In this document: piece by piece, positions 57,506 to 64,000 of the stretch
How the letters are laid out: every line of letters begins with the position of its first letter
Position numbering within the stretch: position 1 is the stretch's first letter
Source of the DNA: Candidatus Roizmanbacteria bacterium RIFCSPHIGHO2_12_FULL_37_23
GTDB lineage: Bacteria; Patescibacteriota; Microgenomatia; UBA1406; HO2-37-13b
NCBI GenBank assembly: GCA_001788095.1
Contig: MFZX01000031.1
Location: forward strand, 9,736 to 73,735
DNA length: 64,000 nt
Direction: 5' to 3'
Notes under the pieces: generated by a model
Databases searched by the model: none
Told to the model about the DNA's origin: nothing
Seen by the model: the letters and a program-made list of their open reading frames with translations, nothing else
Translations under genes and position numbers: made by a program

Positions 57506-57516
57506 CCTCAACTTAG

Positions 57517-57549
57517 CCTCAAATCCCACCTCGGGAGTGGGATTTGAGG
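57517..57549. repeat. R2 hairpin repeat after the membrane protein gene
   Basis: cctcaaatcccac-CTCGGGA-gtgggatttgagg. Confidence 0.55.
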
Positions 57550-57601
57550 CTAGAGCATGGGCATGCAACCTTAGAGGCTGACAATATGCTACAATATCCG
57601 T

Positions 57602-58534
57602 ATGAAAAAGGACTTTCTGCTTTCGGTTGTTATTCCAGTATTTAACGAAGAAGGAAATATAAATACACTTCTGAAAGAACTCATTCCAATTGTTTCCACC
57701 TACGAATATGAGATTATTTTTGTAAATGACGGATCCCAGGATAAAACAGAAGAGGAAATAAAAGTTTTTGCCCAAGAAAATAAAAACATTAAGCTCATTT
57801 CATTTACGCGTAACTTTGGCCATCAAACAGCACTTACCTGTGGATACCAATACACCAAAGGTGACTGCGTAGTAACTATTGACGCTGACCTTCAAGATCC
57901 TCCAGAACTTATTCATGAAATGGTTAAAAAGTGGGAAAAAGGGTTCAAAATTGTTTACGCGAAACGAAAAATGCGTGAAGAATCGCTTTTTAAAACTTTG
58001 ACCGCTGATTTTTTTTACAACGTAATTAATATGCTCTCTCAAACGCCAATCCCACGAAATGTTGGTGATTTTAGACTCATTGACAAACATGTTGTTGAAC
58101 TCCTCAATCATATGCCAGAACGATTTAGATTTTTACGAGGCATGGTGGCTTGGGGAGGCTTTCCATCAACCTATGTTTATTTCGATCGTAAGAAAAGGTT
58201 AACTGGTGAAACACACTATCCTCTTTCAAAAATGATTGGTTTTGCACTAAATGGCATTGTTTCTTTCTCAACAAGACCGCTTCGCATAGCGATATATGTA
58301 GGTATACTTGCATCAATTATTGGAATAGTAGGTATTATTTACGCGATATATCGAAGGCTCTTTCTCCCATCTGCCTATTGGGTTCCTGGATGGACGGCCA
58401 CGTTCGTAGCAATAATGTTTTTTGGCGGAGTGCAGCTCATTACTATTGGAATCATTGGAGAATATATTGGAAAGATATACTCGGAGATTCAAGGTCGACC
58501 GCAGTATTTAGTAAAAGAAAAAGTCAATATTTGA
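57602..58534 (+). CDS. GT2 polyprenol-phosphate glycosyltransferase (dolichol-phosphate mannose synthase / ArnC / GtrB-like)
   Basis: LSVVIPVFNEEGNI, DGSQD, DADLQDP, C-terminal two TM helices. Confidence 0.75.
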   Translation: MKKDFLLSVVIPVFNEEGNINTLLKELIPIVSTYEYEIIFVNDGSQDKTEEEIKVFAQENKNIKLISFTRNFGHQTALTCGYQYTKGDCVVTIDADLQDPPELIHEMVKKWEKGFKIVYAKRKMREESLFKTLTADFFYNVINMLSQTPIPRNVGDFRLIDKHVVELLNHMPERFRFLRGMVAWGGFPSTYVYFDRKKRLTGETHYPLSKMIGFALNGIVSFSTRPLRIAIYVGILASIIGIVGIIYAIYRRLFLPSAYWVPGWTATFVAIMFFGGVQLITIGIIGEYIGKIYSEIQGRPQYLVKEKVNI

Positions 58535-58582
58535 GACTGGAGAGTTAACTTTCAAATCTCCATTTTCAAATCTCAAATCATT

Positions 58583-58732
58583 ATGCGTCGTGTCGGATAT
58601 CTACTTATCGCAATCGGGCTCGCTTTATTGGTTTTTCTGGGCTATTCCTATTGGAGACAGCGAAGCCGCTTTATAACACCTATTCCTGAAGATAAAGGAG
58701 TAAAAGTAATATTTATTACACCGGGAAGTTAA
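58583..58732 (+). CDS. small membrane protein (49 aa)
   Basis: ORF found manually; preceded by R5-type repeat ttcaaatctccattttcaaatctcaaatc. Confidence 0.25.
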   Translation: MRRVGYLLIAIGLALLVFLGYSYWRQRSRFITPIPEDKGVKVIFITPGS

Positions 58733-58735
58733 ATC

Positions 58736-59122
58736 CTACGGTGTATCTCCGGGTATTTCGAACTCAAGGATACTGTGTTCTAATCCAAGAAGGATATTTA
58801 TTGCGTTTAAAATAAGATACGAACCTAAGAATAGTGCTGTTCCAATCAGAGCATACTTTAAGGTTCCTTGCGCCTTTTTAACACGCTCCGGATCTCCACC
58901 AGAAGTTAAATAGAAAAATGAGCCTACAACAAACATGATAAAAAGTACTAATACAACAAGTCCTGAGGAAAGAATTAATATATTACTGAATACCACCTCG
59001 AGACATTTAAGTGTTGGAACACCATCGACTACACACGAATTCCCTTCGAGGCTTTCTATTTGGGCATACGCAGAAAAAGAAGGAAGTAGAGAAAAGAATC
59101 TGCTTGAAGCTGATAATGGCAT
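58736..59122 (-). CDS. VirB2/TrbC-like pilin paralogue (signal peptide, two TM helices, TSGGDPERV loop)
   Basis: SAYAQ signal cleavage motif, then hydrophobic-loop-hydrophobic topology shared with 59125-59553. Start set at MPLSAS. Confidence 0.4.
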   Translation of the reverse strand: MPLSASSRFFSLLPSFSAYAQIESLEGNSCVVDGVPTLKCLEVVFSNILILSSGLVVLVLFIMFVVGSFFYLTSGGDPERVKKAQGTLKYALIGTALFLGSYLILNAINILLGLEHSILEFEIPGDTP

Positions 59123-59124
59123 TT

Positions 59125-59553
59125 TTATGGTGTACCTGGGGGTTCCAAAAGATTTGGCAACGTAACCGGGCATGAAATACCGAAACATAGTTGCTGATCA
59201 AAAACAATCTGCTCAAGACTCCACATAACCGTTAAGGTCGTAATAATAACCAACACGCCTACAAGAGCAGCTATAATCTTACCTCGTGCCGCAGCAACAT
59301 TATCCTTATCTCCACCTGAAGTTACCCAAGCTAATGCTCCCCAAAGTAGAAAAAAGAGCGCTGCGATACCTGCAATAACGAAAAAGAGTCGTACCATGAA
59401 CGAAAGTAATTCTCCAAAGGTTGGTACAGAAAATCCAAGGTCTACTTCGTTAATCTGTATATCTCCTGGAGCAGGTTGAGCATAAACTGAAGAAGAAAGC
59501 TTCATCAAAAAAAGAAATGCCGTTGCAAAAAAGCTTGTTAGAATAGTACGCAT
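59125..59553 (-). CDS. VirB2/TrbC-like pilin paralogue
   Basis: SVYAQP signal; TM1; TSGGDKDNVAAARGKIIAALVG loop; TM2. Confidence 0.4.
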   Translation of the reverse strand: MRTILTSFFATAFLFLMKLSSSVYAQPAPGDIQINEVDLGFSVPTFGELLSFMVRLFFVIAGIAALFFLLWGALAWVTSGGDKDNVAAARGKIIAALVGVLVIITTLTVMWSLEQIVFDQQLCFGISCPVTLPNLLEPPGTP

Positions 59554-59566
59554 AGTTTTAGTATAA

Positions 59567-60097
59567 ATGAATTTTTTCGATTGTCAAGGAGAAAATAGCA
59601 AGGTATTGAAAGTTAAACTGATTTCTGCTATACTACAGGCTATGGATGACGCTAAACGTGTTTTTGCTATATTTGCAGCTCTTCTACTCATAATTATTAT
59701 CATTGGAGTAGTTGTGAATCGAGTCGCTAAAGAAAAAGGAAATATTCCTATTATTGGAGGCGCTCTGGAAAGAGTCCTGTTCCCTAATAGACCTACTCCT
59801 AAACCTGAAGAAAAGGAGCTTGTCGAAAAGACTGATAGTAATAAAGAACCGGCTCAGGGTTCGGATGGTTCAATCATCATTAAAAAAACGACTAGCTCAC
59901 AAGATTCTCAATTAACAGAATCAATTAATGAAAGCGCTGGCCAAACACTTGGTGGAACCTCTTCTGATTCCACTCAATCTAAAGGAGGACAACAGGCTAA
60001 TTCGATTCCAGCTACAGGTGCTCCTGCCGCTATCATCATCTTCTCTCTCTCAGGTCTCGTGAGCGGCTTATATCTGAAACGAAAAGCTTCAATTTAA
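59567..60097 (+). CDS. surface protein with S/T-rich region and C-terminal IPATG sorting-type motif, TM and KRK tail
   Basis: ...SIPATGAPAAIIIFSLSGLVSGLYLKRKASI*. Confidence 0.4.
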   Translation: MNFFDCQGENSKVLKVKLISAILQAMDDAKRVFAIFAALLLIIIIIGVVVNRVAKEKGNIPIIGGALERVLFPNRPTPKPEEKELVEKTDSNKEPAQGSDGSIIIKKTTSSQDSQLTESINESAGQTLGGTSSDSTQSKGGQQANSIPATGAPAAIIIFSLSGLVSGLYLKRKASI

Positions 60098-60168
60098 AGC
60101 TACACTCCTAACTCACCTACACTCTGAGTCTAAGAAAATGCGAATAGACATGTGAAGAGATTTTTATC

Positions 60169-60705
60169 TTACCCAAATCCTGGTAATCCTAATCCTGTTG
60201 AGATCACTCGAAGTATAAATACTGAGAAAAGCGCGAATAATAACCCGATAATTGCTCCATAAATGATGCGCTTACCGTAATTCAAACGTGCTGGATCTGA
60301 ACGTGATGTGGCAACAACCCCTGCGCCATAGAGGAAGAAAAGAAATGCAATTCCCCCTATTATGGAAAAGAAAAAACTTGAAACTGCGGTTGCAAACTCC
60401 CCTGGGAGAGTTGATATACAACCGAAATCTGTATAAAAATGTTCAGGATCCGGTGTTGGTAAACCAATAAGAGTACTATTTGAACTTGGATCTATATCTC
60501 CTTCTCCAAATCCGCGATAGAGACATCGGCGGCAGTCCTGCCATCTGCCTGGAAGTATTGCTCCCTCACAGTATCCACACACATCACAATTTGCTTTACC
60601 AATATATGGCGTCGGTGTTGGTGTGGGAGGTTGCTGCGCATTAGCTGGAAAGACATTCACAAATAGTGAAGTAACAAGAATAAGTAATAAAAAGATTTTA
60701 TTCAT
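60169..60705 (-). CDS. Cys-rich secreted domain fused to VirB2/TrbC-like pilin module
   Basis: PANAQQ signal, CDVCGYCEG..CRRC, then two hydrophobic helices with ATSRSDPARL loop. Start set at MNKIF. Confidence 0.35.
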   Translation of the reverse strand: MNKIFLLLILVTSLFVNVFPANAQQPPTPTPTPYIGKANCDVCGYCEGAILPGRWQDCRRCLYRGFGEGDIDPSSNSTLIGLPTPDPEHFYTDFGCISTLPGEFATAVSSFFFSIIGGIAFLFFLYGAGVVATSRSDPARLNYGKRIIYGAIIGLLFALFSVFILRVISTGLGLPGFG

Positions 60706-60817
60706 AGGACTTGATTCATTATATATCACTCTACTTTGATTATGCAAAAATTGGTATATACCGACCGTAGCCGCGATTAAATCGGGGCGAAGGGGTATAG
60801 TCAATGTTTGGGAAATT

Positions 60818-62521
60818 TTGCAATTGTTCTATAATAATCGTATGCAAAAAATTCTTGGAGCTCTTTTTATTACAATAATATTTTTTGGGTTATGCTTTTC
60901 CGTAAACGCAGACGAGCTTGATGATATCAGTCATGAACTTGATAAGCTGAATAGAGAACTCGAGGATTCAAAAAAAGCAACAAAACCTCTTGAAGAGGAT
61001 CTTGACAGACTTCGTAAACAACTTTCAAATATCAAATCTCAAATATCAAATATCGAATCCGATATTGTCCTAAGAGAAAAACAGATTGTTACCGCAGAAA
61101 AAGCTTTAGAAAAACAAAAGGAAATAATTGATGAACGAATTAACGCACATTATAAAAATATTAAAAAAGCAGAAGCATCTTTGATTGATATCCTTATTAC
61201 AGATAACCTTTCCATCTCTCTTCAGAATTTTTTCTACCAAAAAAAAGCAGCGGATAATGATAAACAGACAATACTCCGCATCGTCCTTTATATCAAAAAT
61301 ATTGACGATAAAAAAACAGAGCTCGCTTCAGAAAAAAATAGATTGGCTCAAGTAAAACAAACTGTAGACGAGCAATCGCAATTTCTCTCAGGTGAAATAG
61401 GAAAAGCAAAGGACTTTCAAGCTGAATTATCAGGACGTATCGCGTCATTGACCACCCGTCAGCAACAATTGATTGGGCAGAAACTGGCGAGCTTAAATAT
61501 TCCCCGTTCGGCTGGTACGTCTTCCCGAGGATGCTCAAGCGATCTTACAAACGGCCGCGATCCCGGATTTTCTCCTGCAATAGGTTTCTTTACATATGGA
61601 GCTCCACACCGTAATGGCATGAATCAATATGGTGCTTGGGGACGAGCTAAATCAGGACAAAACGAAGAACAGATTCTCGCAGAATACTATCCGAATATGA
61701 GTTTGAAAAAGGATTTTGACCAAGGAACTCAAATTAATGTTGATGGATATGGAACATTCTCTATCGAAGATTATGTGAGGCGCATTTATGAAGTTCCAGA
61801 TTCGTGGACTGACAATAATCTTGCTGTACTTAAAGCGCAAGCAGTCGCAGCAAGAACGTATGGTCTTAATTCTATGCAAAGGAACGGTCATATTTGTACA
61901 ACAGAAGCATGCCAAGTATTTAAGGCCGAACCAAAAGGTGGTAATTGGGAACAAGCTGTTGAAGCTACAAAAGGATGGGTGCTAATGGATGGAGGAAATC
62001 CTGGATTTACACAGTATGCTTCAACACATGGTGGTTATATATTAAATCTTGGAAAGTTTGATGGTTCAGGAGGAAATCCGACAAATTTTTCAGAACTTAA
62101 CGAACGAGCGTATGATAGAGAATCTCCATGGTTTTATTGCAATTGGGGAGCTCGAAGCCAATACGGGGGCACTGCATGGCTCAAGTCCGAAGAAGTTGCT
62201 GATATCGCAAATGTGATTCTCCTTGCACGATATTCTGACGTTGATAAAGAACATCTATATCAAGTTGATAAACCAAATCCCGCAGGAAAAGAAACATGGG
62301 ATGCGGAAAAAGTAAAATCTGAAATTCGTGCTCGTGGAGGTAATCCCGTAGGAGATGGTTCAAATACATCGGTATCTGTCGATTTTGGCTCAGGAAAAAC
62401 TTCTTCTGTAAATGTTGGAGGTACGAGTTTCGACGCAGGCGAATTTAAGGATTGGTTTAATCTTCGAGCACCTGCAAATATCCAGATCGTCGGTCCTTTA
62501 TTTAATGTGGAGAAGAAGTAG
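60818..62521 (+). CDS. SpoIID/LytB-domain protein with N-terminal coiled coil (peptidoglycan-remodelling)
   Basis: GMNQYGAWGRAKSGQNEEQILAEYYPN and AVLKAQAVAARTY signatures of the SpoIID family. Confidence 0.55.
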   Translation: MQLFYNNRMQKILGALFITIIFFGLCFSVNADELDDISHELDKLNRELEDSKKATKPLEEDLDRLRKQLSNIKSQISNIESDIVLREKQIVTAEKALEKQKEIIDERINAHYKNIKKAEASLIDILITDNLSISLQNFFYQKKAADNDKQTILRIVLYIKNIDDKKTELASEKNRLAQVKQTVDEQSQFLSGEIGKAKDFQAELSGRIASLTTRQQQLIGQKLASLNIPRSAGTSSRGCSSDLTNGRDPGFSPAIGFFTYGAPHRNGMNQYGAWGRAKSGQNEEQILAEYYPNMSLKKDFDQGTQINVDGYGTFSIEDYVRRIYEVPDSWTDNNLAVLKAQAVAARTYGLNSMQRNGHICTTEACQVFKAEPKGGNWEQAVEATKGWVLMDGGNPGFTQYASTHGGYILNLGKFDGSGGNPTNFSELNERAYDRESPWFYCNWGARSQYGGTAWLKSEEVADIANVILLARYSDVDKEHLYQVDKPNPAGKETWDAEKVKSEIRARGGNPVGDGSNTSVSVDFGSGKTSSVNVGGTSFDAGEFKDWFNLRAPANIQIVGPLFNVEKK

Positions 62522-63482
62522 CTGAAAATATCTTTCTAACAATATCCTCTATTTTCTCTTCATAAATATTAAGGTCTACGAATTCAATATTTTTAGTAAT
62601 TTTTTCGATTGTCTTTGAAATCTCACTTCTTTTTACTTGAAAAAAAAGTCGCGGAAATTCAATTTCAATATTGTTATCTAACTTTTCCAAAACTTTAACA
62701 TCGGGCATATCCTCAACTATGACTTCGATTGTCTTCTTTGTTGCATATTTTTTAATCAACTTTTCTAGATAGCCATCATAAATAATTTTTCCATGATCTA
62801 TAATCATAACTCGCTTGCAGAGTTCTCGAACATCTTCCATATAATGACTTGTTAATAAAATCGTTGCACCATACAAGCGCTGATAATCTTTGATGAAATC
62901 CCGAATCGTTTTTTGTGCAACGATATCAAGACCGATGGTTGGCTCATCTAAAAATAGAACTTTTGGCCGATGAAGAAGTGATGCAATAAGCTCCATCTTC
63001 ATACGCTGACCAAGTGATAATGTTTTAGCAGGCTGATATATAATTTTTTTAGCATCAAGGAGTTCGGTCAATTCATTAAGTGTTTTTGTATATACTTGAT
63101 CGGGAATTTCGTAAATTTCTTTATTCAATCTAAATGTATCAATTGCTGGGAGCTCCCATAAAAGCTGGTTTCTCTGCCCCATAACAAAAGCAATCTGCTT
63201 GAGAAATGCTCTTTGTTTTTCAAAGGGAGTAAAATCTAAAACATTTAATACTCCTTTTGTTGGGAAAAGAATGCCAGCAAGCATCTTCATAGTTGTTGTC
63301 TTTCCTGCACCATTTGGGCCCAAGAAACCAACCAATTCCCCTTGTTCAATTTCAAATGAAATATTATCAACCGCTGTAGTCATCTCGTATTGGCGGTGAA
63401 ATGTATTTCGCACAAAATCAAGAAGCCCTTCCGTGTGTTTGGTGGTCCTATAAGTCTTGGTAAGATTCTTAACCGAAATCAT
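62502..63482 (-). CDS. ABC transporter ATP-binding protein
   Basis: GFLGPNGAGKTT Walker A, LSLGQRMKM signature, LFLDEPT Walker B. Confidence 0.8.
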   Translation of the reverse strand: MISVKNLTKTYRTTKHTEGLLDFVRNTFHRQYEMTTAVDNISFEIEQGELVGFLGPNGAGKTTTMKMLAGILFPTKGVLNVLDFTPFEKQRAFLKQIAFVMGQRNQLLWELPAIDTFRLNKEIYEIPDQVYTKTLNELTELLDAKKIIYQPAKTLSLGQRMKMELIASLLHRPKVLFLDEPTIGLDIVAQKTIRDFIKDYQRLYGATILLTSHYMEDVRELCKRVMIIDHGKIIYDGYLEKLIKKYATKKTIEVIVEDMPDVKVLEKLDNNIEIEFPRLFFQVKRSEISKTIEKITKNIEFVDLNIYEEKIEDIVRKIFSATSSPH

Positions 63483-63546
63483 AGAGCTAGTATACAGGAA
63501 AACATATGTAGGATAAATTCTTTAGATTAATACGAAAAGCAGTAAA

Positions 63547-63798
63547 TTACCAAGGACACTGATATATTTGAGGACAGACCATGCATCCCTGAACCAATCT
63601 TGTTCGACATTGACTTGCACAAAAATAGTAGGCTCTGCATTTTATATTTGAGTCACATGATGGTGCATCAGGATAAGTTTTACACATATTATCTACTTCT
63701 TCAGCACTTGGACATACTGGAGAATCACAATAATAATACCCTCCATCTCCTCTCGGATATTGGTTACAATTACCGCCACCTTTTATCGTACAAAGCAA
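63547..63798 (-). CDS. small Cys-rich protein
   Basis: 83 aa with about 16 Cys. Confidence 0.3.
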   Translation of the reverse strand: MLCTIKGGGNCNQYPRGDGGYYYCDSPVCPSAEEVDNMCKTYPDAPSCDSNIKCRAYYFCASQCRTRLVQGCMVCPQIYQCPW

Positions 63799-64000
63799 AC
63801 TGCAAGCTTGATTAACAGCGCTTTCAATAGATGGTTTAGATAAACTTGGCGAGTAATACTGCCAAAATTTACATTTAAACCCGGTGTCCGTAACACTCTC
63901 GTAATTACAGCATACCTCTTTAGCATATTCTTCATCCGCACCTGATCCTGAAGGGATATTATATTCTCTTCCATCTGTGCAACGTATTAAATCAGATCCT

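Noticed and set aside
1-64000. CRISPR arrays, rRNA genes
   Set aside because: No evenly spaced direct repeats with unique spacers. No rRNA-like conserved blocks seen.

Overview
The window is an AT-rich (about 33-38% GC by eye) bacterial chromosomal segment. Gene content and style resemble a reduced-genome, possibly Patescibacteria/CPR-like organism, but that is an inference from composition and gene set only.

Family-level calls from recognisable motifs include ppsA, a class I/II aminotransferase, ychF, tatD, rpiA, an rpe-like gene, a PBP2-type transpeptidase, metG, dprA, argS, an RNase H-like gene, a xerC/D-like recombinase, an ftsB-like gene, plsY, a Crp/Fnr regulator and an ABC ATPase.

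These sit between secreted and cell-surface proteins with Pro/Thr linkers, dockerin and xPATG sorting motifs. A glycosylation-type cluster carries GT4, GT2 (DPM-synthase-like), GT-C/PMT-like genes and a methyltransferase. A VirD4/TraG-like ATPase is present, and a separate locus holds three VirB2/TrbC-like pilins and a SpoIID-like protein.

One tRNA (Met, CAU, with a C1/A72 mismatch) and one tRNA-like small RNA locus ending in a clean intrinsic terminator were found. No rRNA and no CRISPR array were seen.

The most unusual content falls into two groups.

(a) At least five short repeat families, some with in-frame copies inside coding sequences:
- a CAACCT hairpin element, including a copy inside a GT39-like gene;
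- a 13-bp-stem hairpin, CCTCAAATCCCAC...;
- a roughly 150-bp MITE-like element with TGTCATCCYGAA terminal inverted repeats;
- a CACACCTGACAGGTGTGA palindrome;
- a GAGATTTGAGA/TCTCAAA heptamer family.

(b) Three sharply GC-rich islands (about 13.2-14.25 kb, 26.6-29.4 kb and 52.4-53.5 kb):
- the second carries a haloarchaeon-like secreted glycoprotein and a very acidic protein, several long perfect inverted repeats, and host-type repeats inserted into it;
- the third carries plsY next to the tRNA-Met;
- the first looks largely non-coding and is dense in hairpins.

All calls are from visual motif recognition. No database search was possible.
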